Shown here piece after piece: positions 22,765-32,895 of a stretch of DNA of 64,000 nucleotides. Made by a program: the position numbers and the translations under genes. The DNA is from an uncultured Verrucomicrobiae bacterium (GTDB lineage Bacteria > Verrucomicrobiota > Verrucomicrobiia > Chthoniobacterales > Chthoniobacteraceae). Below the pieces are notes generated by a model that was not told where the DNA came from, made no database searches, and saw only the letters and a list, made by a program, of their open reading frames with translations. The stretch is taken from NCBI GenBank assembly GCA_963769025.1, contig CAVYKI010000003.1, positions 1,152,001 through 1,216,000 of the forward strand, given 5' to 3'. Every line of letters begins with the position of its first letter. Positions within the stretch are counted from its first letter, which is position 1.

Positions 22765-24621
22765 TTAAGGTCTGTCGAGCCACACAGACAGCAGAGCGAG
22801 GTCCGCGGGAGTGACACCGCTGATCCTAGAGGCTTGGCCGATGGTTTCCGGTTGAATTTCAGCCAACTTGTGTTGCGCTTCAAATCGCAGGCCACGTATC
22901 GAAAGGTAGTCCAGGCCGAGGGGAATCCGCTTCTCTTCCTGACGTTGAAGCCGGTCAATCGCGATGTTTTGCCGAGCGATGTAGCCCTCGTATTTGAGGT
23001 TAATTTCCAAAGCCCCCCACAGTGAGTCGGCATAGCCCGGACGGACCGACTCCGGGAGGGTTGATGCAACGTTTTCCGGCCGCCTCAGCCAAGCGGCGAT
23101 CTTCAGGCCTTCATAGGATGCGGACTCAGCGAACTCTTTAAGGCGCTCGAAGTCCGCCATTTTTTGTCGGGTCCGCTCCCATCGCTCGTTGTCGACCAGC
23201 CCACGGGTGCGTCCTACCGGCGTGAGGCGGAAATCCGCATTATCATGCCGAAGAACCAACCGATGCTCGGCACGGCTGGTAAACATCCGGTAAGGTTCAG
23301 GGGTGCCTTTCGTGACGAGGTCGTCGACGAGCACGCCGATGTAGGCGTCGGCACGACCGAGGATGAATGGCTGCTTGCCCTGCACTTTGAGCGCTGCATT
23401 CGCTCCTGCCATCAGCCCCTGCCCGGCGGCCTCTTCATATCCAGAGGTCCCGTTAATCTGTCCGGCGAGATACAGGTTCGGGATGAGCTTGGTCTCGAGG
23501 GTGTGCCGGAGCTGAGTTGGCGGGCAGTAGTCATACTCAACTGCGTATCCCGGCCGCATTAGTTTCGGCATTCTCAAGTCCTGGCACCGTCCGGATGAAG
23601 GCGAATTGCACGTCGATTGGGAGGGATGTGGAGACACCGTTGATGTAGTATTCGAGCGTGTGCTTCCCTTCGGGTTCCAGGAAGAGTTGATGCCGTTCCT
23701 TTTCGGCGAACTTGACAATCTTGTCTTCGATCGACGGACAGTAGCGAGGTCCGGTTCCTTCGATCCGACCCGAATATAGGGGAGACTTGTCGAGATTGCT
23801 CCGAATGATGTCGTGGGTTTTCGGGTTGGTGTAAGTCACCCAACACGGGAGTTGTTCCACGTGGAACGTCTCGTCCTTCCAGTGATTCAGTGAAAATATC
23901 TCGTCCGGACTTCTTCGACAGGCGCTCAGGCAGGAAGCTGAATGGCGTCGGTGGATCGTCACCGAGTTGCATTTCGCACTTGGTGAAATCGATCGTCCTG
24001 CCATTCAGCCGGCATGGGTGTCCCGGTTTTGAAGCGTCCGAGTTCGAGCCCCAACTCGCGCAGCGAATCACTCAAAGTTGATACAGTGTCTCCCATGCGC
24101 CCTCCTGGCTGGTTTCTCAAGCCCACATGTAGCAGCCCGCGCATGAAGGTTCCGGTCGTTACGACGACCGCGCGGCAGTTGATTTGCATACCCATGTTCG
24201 TCTGGATTCCCGTGACTCCATCGTCGTCGCGGAGGATGCGAATTACGTTCGCCTGCATCAGATCGAGATGCGGTTGCTCTTCCAATTCCGCCTTCGCCCG
24301 AAACTGATACGCCTTCTTGTCGCACTGCGCCCGTGGTGAGCGGACACTTGGGCCTTTCTTGGAATTCAGCAGTCGAAACTGAATCGCCGTCGCGTCGGTA
24401 TTCAGTCCCATGAGACCACCCAAAGCGTCAATTTCCCGGACAATCTGTCCCTTGGCCTGACCACCGATTGCCGGATTGCACGACATCTGCCCGACCGTGT
24501 CGAGCGACTGGGTCATGACGAGTGTCTGTGCCGTTAGCCGAGCCGATGCCAGAGCCGCCTCAATGCCGGCATGGCCTGCCCCGATGACGACGACATCGTA
24601 GGTTTTTGGGTGGATGAACAT
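22765..24621 (-). CDS. mnmG: tRNA uridine 5-carboxymethylaminomethyl modification enzyme (frameshifted)
   Basis: [78 protein letters not shown]. Confidence 0.97.
23853..23868. promoter_or_regulatory. parS-like centromere site inside mnmG
   Basis: TGTTCCACGTGGAACG matches the parS palindrome TGTTCCACGTGGAACA at 15/16 and is read as TFHVEQ in MnmG. Confidence 0.8.
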
Positions 24622-24856
24622 GTTCAGACCTTTGCGATTTGCCGGATTAGTTTCGATGGTGCAAAAATCGTTTGGTGTTTGTCGGCAGGCATTTACGCCC
24701 TTTGGAGCAAAGTCCCAATCGTAAGTTGCGCGATGGGTTGAGTTTCTGTCAGAGTGAGTCGGAGATGACAAGCTCGGCTCGGTCTCGATGCTCGATACTG
24801 AAGGGTCGCGGAAATTCTTGCAATTTTGGCTGCTCCCCGGTTCTCGATCGCCACCT

Positions 24857-25282
24857 TTATTGTTCTACGTGGAACATTAACGATCTGAGGATCCCGGCCT
24901 TCGATCGAGGCAGGAGTGCAGAGAGTTTTGCGCGATATTTGTGACTTTGCAGGTTAACACTCACGATTTCCATGTTCTCTGAAAATTCTGACAACACTTG
25001 TCGGCATGCCCCGCAGGGCGTGACGGGTTCTTTGGAGTCTGCGACGATCACGATCCGGCGGAAGGTGCGGACTCCGGCGGCGACGGCCGCGAAGACGGCG
25101 TTCCGCTCCGCGCAGACCGTCAGGCCGTAGGAGATGTTTTCGACATTGCAGCCGGTGAAGACTTTACCCGCCGTGGACTCGAGAGCCGCACCGACCTGAA
25201 AATTCGAGTATGGCGCGTACGCTCGCGAGCGAACTTTGCGGGCGGACTTTTCCAAGGATGCCAAGCTGTTCACCTTTGTCAT
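24857..25282 (-). CDS. cdd: Cytidine deaminase
   Basis: AYAPYSNFQVGAAL, GCNVENISYGLTVCAER, PCGACRQVLSEF. Confidence 0.95.
   Translation of the reverse strand: MTKVNSLASLEKSARKVRSRAYAPYSNFQVGAALESTAGKVFTGCNVENISYGLTVCAERNAVFAAVAAGVRTFRRIVIVADSKEPVTPCGACRQVLSEFSENMEIVSVNLQSHKYRAKLSALLPRSKAGILRSLMFHVEQ
24861..24876. promoter_or_regulatory. parS-like site at the cdd 3' end
   Basis: TGTTCTACGTGGAACA matches the same palindrome at 15/16 and is read as MFHVEQ. Confidence 0.75.
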
Positions 25283-25473
25283 ATTAGAAGCGATTACCTG
25301 TTTGCAGTATGTGATACCAGATGCTTATGATAGACGCCCGAGGGCGAGGACTCGGGCGGTGTCCGTTTTGAGAGGCCAGGCGATGCCGCGTCGGAGGATG
25401 GAGCGTGCCTATTTGCACGCAAGTCCACGGACTTTGTTGTTGCAGAATCAAGACAGGTGCACAGCATGGCGGC

Positions 25474-26163
25474 GTGGTTTCAAAGCCTCCCAAGTATCGT
25501 GGAAAACTCATCGCTGTCGAGGGGCTGGATGGTTCGGGGAAATCCACGCAAATCTACCTTGTCAAACGCTGGCTCGAGCTCTCGGGCGCGCGTGTGTTTT
25601 TCACCGAATGGAATTCATCGAGTCTCGTGAAGCCTTCGACGAGCAAGGGGAAGACGAGCCGTTTGCTGACTCCGACGACGTTTTCGCTCATCCATGCGAC
25701 GGATTTTGCGGATCGCTACGAACGGCAGATTTTTCCGCTGCTCCAAGCGGGATACATCGTGCTCGCGGACCGCTACATTTTCACCGCATTTGCGCGCGAT
25801 GTGGTGCGCGGCGTGGATTTTGACTGGGTGGAGCGCCTGTACAGTTTCGCCGTGCAGCCGGATGTGACGCTCTATTTCCGCGCGCCTCTGGAAGTCGCGC
25901 TGGGCCGAATCCTCGACGGGCGGCCTGAGTTGAAATTCCACGAGGCCGGCATGGACCTCGGCTTGAGCGCCGACCCGTATGAAAGCTTCCGCATTTTCCA
26001 AGGGCGAATCCTCGAGCAGTATGAACTGCTCGCTCCGCGCTACCATTTTACGACTGTGGACGCCACGCGCGACATCCACGACCAGCAGGCGGAGGTGCGC
26101 CGCATCCTGCTCGGGCAGTTGAAGCTCTCGGATTACATCAAAAAGAAAGGACGCCGCTCGTAA
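25474..26163 (+). CDS. tmk: Thymidylate kinase-like protein 1 (start approximate)
   Basis: P-loop IAVEGLDGSGKSTQ, VLADRYIFTAFARD, PDVTLYF. Confidence 0.85.
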   Translation: MVSKPPKYRGKLIAVEGLDGSGKSTQIYLVKRWLELSGARVFFTEWNSSSLVKPSTSKGKTSRLLTPTTFSLIHATDFADRYERQIFPLLQAGYIVLADRYIFTAFARDVVRGVDFDWVERLYSFAVQPDVTLYFRAPLEVALGRILDGRPELKFHEAGMDLGLSADPYESFRIFQGRILEQYELLAPRYHFTTVDATRDIHDQQAEVRRILLGQLKLSDYIKKKGRRS

Positions 26164-26167
26164 TCCG

Positions 26168-26896
26168 ATGCCAGCACCCATGCACAAGCCGAATCTCCCC
26201 GGTCGCATCATCCGCACCTTTGGCAGGCCACTTGCGGAAATGGGATCGTCGCGCCTCGTCGGGCGGCTCTTCGCGATTGAAGGCGCCGACGGCTCGGGGC
26301 GTTCGACAAACATCAAGGCCCTCAGTGAGTGGCTTGAATCCCGCGGCTATGCGGTGCGGCACATGGGCCTGCGCCGGTCGCCGTTGCTCGCGCAGGACAT
26401 CGAACATGCGAAGCAGTCCCGGCTCCTCACGCGCACGACCATGGCGCTGCTCTACGCAACGGATTTTTACGACCAACTCGTCCACGAAATCATCCCAGCG
26501 CTCCGGGCGGGCTACATCGTCCTGGCTGACCGCTACATCTACACGCTCATGACGCGCGACATCGTCCGCGGGGCCGAGCCGGAGTGGACGCGCAATCTTT
26601 ACAGCTCCGCGCTCATCCCGGACGCCGTCTTCTATCTCCAGGTGGATCCCGAGGAGCTTGTCCTGCGCAACTTTGAAAAAAACGCGACGCTCGACTACTG
26701 GGAGAGCGGCATGGATCTCGGGCTTTCGCGCGACATGTTCGAAAGTTTCCTCGCGTACCAGGGGCTGATCCAGCGTGCGTTCAGCCGCATGCAAAAGCGG
26801 TACGGATTCACCATCGTGAACGCGAACCGAGACTTCACCAAAATCCAGCGCGAACTCCGCGCGCATGTCGCCAAGAGCCTCGGTGCGGCGAAGTGA
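26168..26896 (+). CDS. Thymidylate kinase-like protein 2 (variant P-loop)
   Basis: AIEGADGSGRST, VLADRYIYT, PDAVFYL. Paralog of the upstream gene (shared EAGMDLGLS/ESGMDLGLS). Confidence 0.85.
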   Translation: MPAPMHKPNLPGRIIRTFGRPLAEMGSSRLVGRLFAIEGADGSGRSTNIKALSEWLESRGYAVRHMGLRRSPLLAQDIEHAKQSRLLTRTTMALLYATDFYDQLVHEIIPALRAGYIVLADRYIYTLMTRDIVRGAEPEWTRNLYSSALIPDAVFYLQVDPEELVLRNFEKNATLDYWESGMDLGLSRDMFESFLAYQGLIQRAFSRMQKRYGFTIVNANRDFTKIQRELRAHVAKSLGAAK

Positions 26897-27031
26897 TGCG
26901 CGCATGGGCGCGAAAGCTGCATCGATCCCCGATTGAAGGGTTGCGCTTTGGTCGCTGCCCCGTAACATCTGCACGACGATCAGCCGCGGCTGCGCGGGGT
27001 CATAAATTTTTACACTGACGAACCGCAACTC

Positions 27032-28111
27032 ATGGCCACCGCTGTCACGCCCACCGACTTTTCCAAGGCTCCGATCAACGCCAAGCTCTCGGCCGCGCAA
27101 AAGCTCAAGCTGCTCACCGAGATGGTGCGCATCCGCCGCTTCGAGACCGAGTCGAACCGGCAGTATCAGGCGAAAAAGATGGGCGGCTTTCTCCATCTCT
27201 ACAACGGGCAGGAATCCGTCGCCGTCGGCATGCGTATCGCTCATGGGCGACGACGACCACGTCATCACCGCCTACCGCGACCACGGCCATGCTCTCGCAG
27301 TCGGAATGACCATGAACGAGTGCATGGCCGAATTGTTTGGCAAGGCCACCGGCTGCTCGAAAGGGCAAGGGCGGCTCGATGCATTTCTTCGCGCCGGACA
27401 AGAACTACTGGGGCGGCCACGGCATCGTCGCCGGCCAGACGCCGCTCGGCCTCGGCCTCGGCTACGCGCTGAAATACAAGGGCAGCAAAGGCGCGGCCAT
27501 GTGCTTCATGGGCGACGGCGCGGTGAACCAGGGCTGCTTTTACGAGAGCCTGAACATCGCGTCGCTCTTCGAGATTCCCGTGGTCTACATCATCGAAAAC
27601 AACGGCTACTCGATGGGCACGAGCCTCGCGCGGAGCTCCGCCTTCAAGAGCTGCCTCGCCGAGCGCGCCGAGGGATTCGCCATGGCCTGGGGCAAGTGCA
27701 ACGGCGACGGACATCTACGAAGTGCGCGCCAACGTGCAGGACGCCATCGACCGCGCGCACAACGAGAGCAAACCGACGCTCCTGGAAATTTCCACCTACC
27801 GCTACTACGGCCATTCCGTCGCCGATGCGAAGCACAAGGGCGGCTACCGGCAGGCGGAGGAAATCGAGTCCTACAAGGAAAACCACGACCCGATTCAGCA
27901 CTTCAAACGGCGGCTCATCGAGGAAGGCGTGCTGACGGAGGCGCAGTTCGAGCAGATCGACGAGGCGGCGAAGGCCGAGGCCGAGGCAGCGGCGGTGTTC
28001 GCGGACGAGAGCCCGCTGCCGACGGAGGAAAGCATCACGCAGGACGTGTATTTCGAGGTGGACCGGCAGACGGAAGCGGGCCGGACGGGGCGGCATTTCT
28101 TCAACGACTAG
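27032..28111 (+). CDS. pdhA: Pyruvate dehydrogenase E1 alpha (frameshifted)
   Basis: GFLHLYNGQE, TAYRDHG, GGSMH, GDGAVNQG...ENNGYSMGT, TYRYYGHS. Confidence 0.95.
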
Positions 28112-28152
28112 CACCCGCAAAAGTCAGCGACCGACGCTTCACGGGCATCGTC

Positions 28153-28524
28153 ATGAACTCCCGCAAACCCGCCATCGCCATTTCGTTCCTGATCGTCGCG
28201 GTCGGCATCGCGTGGTTGCTCAATGCCATGCGCATCGTGCCGGACATTGACTGGGTTTGGATCATCGGCCTCGGCGTCTCGGGAATTTTGCTGCTCACCG
28301 TCACGCGGCTCGATCGGTTCAATTTTGTCGCGGGACTCAGCCTCATCGTCAGCTCCGTGCTCGCGGTGTTGCGGCAGACGGGAAAAATCACCGTCAACGT
28401 CGAAGCGCCCGTCCTCTTCATCGCCGTCGGAATCCTGCTGCTCGTCGCCCAGGTCCTCCCTTTGCCCGCCGCCTCGGCGAGCGACGAAAAACCGGCTGCG
28501 CCCAGCGGCCCGCCGAAGCCCTGA
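28153..28524 (+). CDS. Small integral membrane protein (about 4 TM helices)
   Basis: MNSRKPAIAISFLIVAVGIAWLL...; four hydrophobic stretches. Confidence 0.7.
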   Translation: MNSRKPAIAISFLIVAVGIAWLLNAMRIVPDIDWVWIIGLGVSGILLLTVTRLDRFNFVAGLSLIVSSVLAVLRQTGKITVNVEAPVLFIAVGILLLVAQVLPLPAASASDEKPAAPSGPPKP

Positions 28525-28553
28525 ACACCCACATTTTCACCACGAAGAAACTC

Positions 28554-29529
28554 ATGCCACAGATCACCTACCGCGAAGCACTCCGCCACGCACTCGACGA
28601 AGAACTCACGCGCGACCCGAATGTCGTCGTGATGGGCGAGGAGGTCGCCGAATACGACGGCGCATACAAGGTCACCGAGGGCCTTTGGAAAAAGTGGGGC
28701 AGCAAGCGCATCGTGGACACGCCGATCAGCGAAGCCGGCTTCATCGGCATGGGCGTCGGCGCCTCGATGCTCGGCATCCGCCCGGTGATGGAGCTGATGT
28801 TCTGGAGCTTCGCCACCGTCGCGTGGGATCAGATCATCAACAACGCCGCGCAGGTCCGCTACATGAGCGGCGGCCTCATCAACTGCCCCATCGTCATCCG
28901 CGGCCCCGCGAACGGCGGCACGAACGTCGGCGCCACGCACTCGCACAACCACGAAAGCTTCCTCGCGAACGTCCCCGGCCTGAAAGTCGTCTGCCCGTCC
29001 ACCGCCTACGACGCGAAGGGCCTGCTGAAGACCGCCATCCGCGACAACGACCCCGTGATGTTCATGGAGAACACGCTGCTCTACGGCGAAAAATGGGAAG
29101 TGCCGGAGGAGGAATATCTCATTCCGCTCGGCAAGGCGGACATCAAGCGCGAGGGCACCGACATCACGCTCATCGCGCACGGACGCGCCGCGCTCACCGC
29201 CTGCACGGCCGCCGACATCCTCGCCGCCGAGCACAACATCAACGCCGAGGTCATCGATCTCCGCAGCATCCGCCCGCTCGACGAGGACGCGATCTTGGAA
29301 AGCGTCCGCAAGACGCACCGCGCGGTTTACATCGAGGAATCCAAGCCCTTCTGCGGCGTCGGCGCGCAGATCAGCTCGATGATCATGGAAAAGATGCTTC
29401 GACGAACTCGACGCCCCCGTGCTGCGCATCACGAGCCTCGACGCCCCGGCGATCTATTCGCCCGAACTCGAAAAACGCCAGCTCCCGCGCCCGCTCGACG
29501 TCGTCGAGAAGGTGCTGAGCATTTGCTGA
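28554..29529 (+). CDS. pdhB: Pyruvate dehydrogenase E1 beta (frameshift near 3' end)
   Basis: ITYREAL, GEEVAEYDGAYKVT, DTPISEAGF, DAKGLLKTAIRDNDPV, EVIDLRSIRPLD. Confidence 0.95.
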
Positions 29530-29545
29530 TCAGGCGTCCGCGGCT

Positions 29546-30820
29546 TCACGCGGGCGTATCCGCCTTGAACGTCCCAGTGCCGACGAGCCGCTCGAAAATC
29601 GGCGATGCCATGAGCGTCGTGACCACCGCCATGATCACGAGCGTCGCGAAAAGTCCCTCGGAGATGATGCCGCGCTGCAGGCCGATGTTGATGATGATCA
29701 GTTCCATCAGTCCGCGCGCGTTCATGAGCGTGCCGATGCCGAGCGCCTCGCGGTTCGAGATGCCGGTCGCGCGCGCGGCGAGCCAGCAGGCGACGCCTTT
29801 TCCGAGGATCGCCGCGACGAGGACCGCGCCGCACATCAGCCACAGGAAGCCCGAGTTCAGCAGGCCGATCCGCGTGTTCAGGCCCGAGTAGGTGAAGAAC
29901 AGCGGCAGCAGCAGCGCCACGGCGAGCGGCTGAATCCGCGCCACCAGATCGCGCGTGAATATTCCGCGCGGCATCGCGGCACCCATCAGGAACGCGCCGA
30001 ACACCGCGTGCAGCCCGATGAGATCCGTGAACCACGCGCCGAGCGACATCAGCGCGAGCCCGACGACGAGGCCGGCATCCGTGAGTTCGCCATCCTTCTG
30101 CATCCACGCCTGCGCGCGGGCCAGCAGCGGCTTCACGAGGAGGAGACACACGCAGCAGATATGCGACACCGCCGCCGATGTTCACGAGCGCGTGGCTCAT
30201 GTCGCGGTCGAAGCTCGCGAGCACCACCGCGAGCAGGCACCACGCAGTCGCGTCGTCGATGGCGCCCGCGCCGATCGCCACCGTGCCCATCGTCGTGCCG
30301 GCGAGCTTTTTGAAATGGATGATCCGCGCGAGCATCGGAAACGCCGTGATGCACATCGAGGCTCCGAGGAAAAGCATCGCCTCGGTCAGCGTCGTCCGCT
30401 TCGGGAAAAGCTCGGTGTAATGGAAAAACACCCACGCCGAGCGCGCCGCCGAGGACGAACGGCGCGACCATGCCGGCGACCGAAACCGCGATGGAGCTCT
30501 TCAGCCGCGTGCGGATGATGTCCATGCGAAATTCCATCCCGACGATGAACATGTAGAGCGCGAGACCGAGCTGCGACGCGGGAAAAAGGTAGCTCTGCGT
30601 GTCGCGCGTCGTCTGCGTCTTGTCCCACGGGAAAAGCCACTCCTGCCACTCCGGCGCGAGCGAGTCCGAAAAGCGACGGCCCGAGCAGCACGCCCGCGAT
30701 CATCTCCGCCACGACCTGCGGCTGGCCGAAGCGCACGGCAATCGCGCCCACGATCCGGCAAAAGAGCAGGATGACCGCGAGCTGCAGGAAGAAGTGGATC
30801 GCGAGCTGCGTGTTGTTCAT
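29546..30820 (-). CDS. Cation:proton antiporter, CPA2/Kef-type (frameshifted)
   Basis: GQPQVVAEMIAGVLLGPS, ITAFPMLARII, AIDDATAW, LLLPLFFTYSGL, LMNARGLMELII. Confidence 0.9.
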
Positions 30821-30871
30821 CAGAGCGTTCAGATTGCCCGGGAGCTCCTGATACCGGAAATCCAATCTTGC

Positions 30872-30897
30872 GATAGCGGTCATGCTCCGGCGCTATC
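30872..30897. promoter_or_regulatory. Dyad in a divergent promoter, possible LysR operator
   Basis: GATAGCG-N12-CGCTATC lies between the antiporter and LysR starts. Confidence 0.4.
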
Positions 30898-30902
30898 AAC
30901 TC

Positions 30903-31811
30903 ATGGAACTCCGCCACCTCCGCTATTTCCAGGCCGTCGCAGAGGAACTCAGCTTTTCCAAGGCAGCCCGCCGTCTGCACATCGCGCAGCCCGCGCTGAG
31001 CCGGGCGGTGAAGGAACTCGAGGAGCGCATCGGCGCAGTGCTCATGCTTCGCAACCGCCGTGCCGTCTCGCTCACCGAGGCAGGTGCCGTGCTGCTGCAT
31101 GAGATCGGGATTCTTTTCCAGCGCGTGGATGACGCGGTGAAAAAGGTGCAGCGGACGGCAAACGGCGAGGAAGGGGAGTTGCGCGTCGGCTACATCGGCC
31201 CGCCGACGCAGGCATTTCTCGGCAGGCTGCTCGCGGAATTCCGCCGACGCTATCCGCGCGTCTCGGTGATCCTCGAGGAACGCACGCCGGAACGCGTGTG
31301 GGAAATGGTCGCGCGCGGCCGCCTCGAAATCGGCCTGACACGCCCGGTGCTCGCGCAACACGCGCACGGCCTGCAAACCACCGTCCTCCGCCGGGAGCCG
31401 TTTCATTGCGTGCTTCCCTCCGGTCATCCGCTCGCGAAAAAACGCACCGTGCCGTGGCGTGCGCTCGCAGGCGAACCGCTCGTGATTCTCGCCCGGCGCG
31501 AAGGCGTCGGTCTCCACGACGCGATCCTCACGGCATGCCAGCGTGCAAACTTCACACCGAAGCTCGTCCACACGCCGAGCGTCATCCACACCGTGCTCAG
31601 CTACGTCGAGGCGGGCGCGGGCATCGGCATCATTCCGGACAGCGTTGCTTCCGTCGGCGACGGGGGACCGCTCATTTTCCGCCCGCTCGTCCCGACGCAG
31701 GCAATCGAACTCGTGATGGTCTGGGCCGGCTCCTGCCCGTCTCCGACCGCAGCAGCCTTTCGCGCGCTCGTCGCCGAATGGCTGAAAAACCGGAAGCTAT
31801 GGACAAAATGA
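30903..31811 (+). CDS. LysR-family transcriptional regulator
   Basis: MELRHLRYFQAVAEELSFSKAARRLHIAQPALSRAVKELE. Confidence 0.95.
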   Translation: MELRHLRYFQAVAEELSFSKAARRLHIAQPALSRAVKELEERIGAVLMLRNRRAVSLTEAGAVLLHEIGILFQRVDDAVKKVQRTANGEEGELRVGYIGPPTQAFLGRLLAEFRRRYPRVSVILEERTPERVWEMVARGRLEIGLTRPVLAQHAHGLQTTVLRREPFHCVLPSGHPLAKKRTVPWRALAGEPLVILARREGVGLHDAILTACQRANFTPKLVHTPSVIHTVLSYVEAGAGIGIIPDSVASVGDGGPLIFRPLVPTQAIELVMVWAGSCPSPTAAAFRALVAEWLKNRKLWTK

Positions 31812-32803
31812 GCGCGCAAAACTCGCAGCCGATCGATTGCCACGTGCATCTCGTCGGCAATGGAAAATCCGGCAGCGGGTGCTGGCTCCGCCTCGGTGCG
31901 ACGTGGTGGCAAAAGGGGCTCGCCAACTACATGCTGCGCCACATCGGCCTCGGGGAAGTTTCGCTGGATGCGCCGGATTTCGACGAACGTTACGTCGCGC
32001 ACCTCCTCCGGCTTGTGAAGGAATCCTCGATCTCGTCGGTCGTCTTGCTCGCGCAGGACGAGGTCTTTCATCCTGACGGCACGAAGATGGAAAACACGGG
32101 CTCCTTTCACGTGCCGAACGACTATGTGCTGCGGCTCGCACGCGAGCATCCCGAATTTCTCGCCGCCGTGAGCATCCATCCTGCGCGGCCCGACGCGCTC
32201 GCCGAACTCGATCGCTGTCTCGCCTCCGGCTCGGTCATGCTGAAGCTCCTGCCGAACTGCCAGAACGTGGACTGCAACGATCCGCGCTACCGGAAATTTT
32301 GGGAGCGAATGGCCGACGCGCGCCTGCCGTTGCTCGCGCACACGGGCGGCGAACACACGGTGCAGGTCATCAACGCCGCCTACGCCGACCCGCGCGTGCT
32401 CACGCTCCCGCTCGAATGCGGCGTCACCGTCATCGCCGCGCACTCCGCGACGAAGAGCGGCATCGGCGACCCGGAGTATTTCCACGTCTTCGCGGAGATG
32501 CTCGCGAAGTGGCCAAACCTCCATGGAGACACGAGCGCGTGGAATGTTCCGCAGCGCGGGCGCCACGTGAAGCGTTGCGTGGGAAACAACGCCGGCCTGC
32601 TCGGCGAGCGGCTGCTGCATGGCAGTGATTTTCCTGTGCCGTGTTCCGGGCTTTGGGCGTTGCTGCGCGGGGCCATCTCCTTCGCCGACTGGCGGCGCTG
32701 CAGCAAAATCACCAACGTCATCGAACGCGACTATCAGCTGAAGCTCGCGATGGGATTCTCAACTGAGCACTTCACGCGGGTTCATTCGCTGCTGCGCCGG
32801 TAG
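31808..32803 (+). CDS. Amidohydrolase_2-family metallohydrolase
   Basis: IDCHVHL, SIHP, LLAHTGGE, IAAH, LLHGSDFP. Start overlaps the LysR stop. Confidence 0.85.
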   Translation: MSAQNSQPIDCHVHLVGNGKSGSGCWLRLGATWWQKGLANYMLRHIGLGEVSLDAPDFDERYVAHLLRLVKESSISSVVLLAQDEVFHPDGTKMENTGSFHVPNDYVLRLAREHPEFLAAVSIHPARPDALAELDRCLASGSVMLKLLPNCQNVDCNDPRYRKFWERMADARLPLLAHTGGEHTVQVINAAYADPRVLTLPLECGVTVIAAHSATKSGIGDPEYFHVFAEMLAKWPNLHGDTSAWNVPQRGRHVKRCVGNNAGLLGERLLHGSDFPVPCSGLWALLRGAISFADWRRCSKITNVIERDYQLKLAMGFSTEHFTRVHSLLRR

Positions 32804-32895
32804 CCGACGACGGCAGGAGGCGGGCTGACTTTATCCCGCGCTCCTCGTTTCGCATTCCGCGTTTGGTCAGCCCGCTTCCTGCCGTCGTCGGCTAC
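32800..32895. repeat. GTAG-type REP-like inverted doublet between convergent genes
   Basis: GTAGCCGACGACGGCAGGAGGCGGGCTGAC (32800-32829) and the reverse complement of 32866-32895 match at 29/30. Confidence 0.9.

Noticed and set aside
10893..29529. Frameshifts in rpoD, dnaG, iscS, mnmG, pdhA and pdhB as pseudogenes or programmed frameshifting
   Set aside because: They are scattered through essential genes with no consistent slippery motif, so sequencing indels are the simpler explanation.
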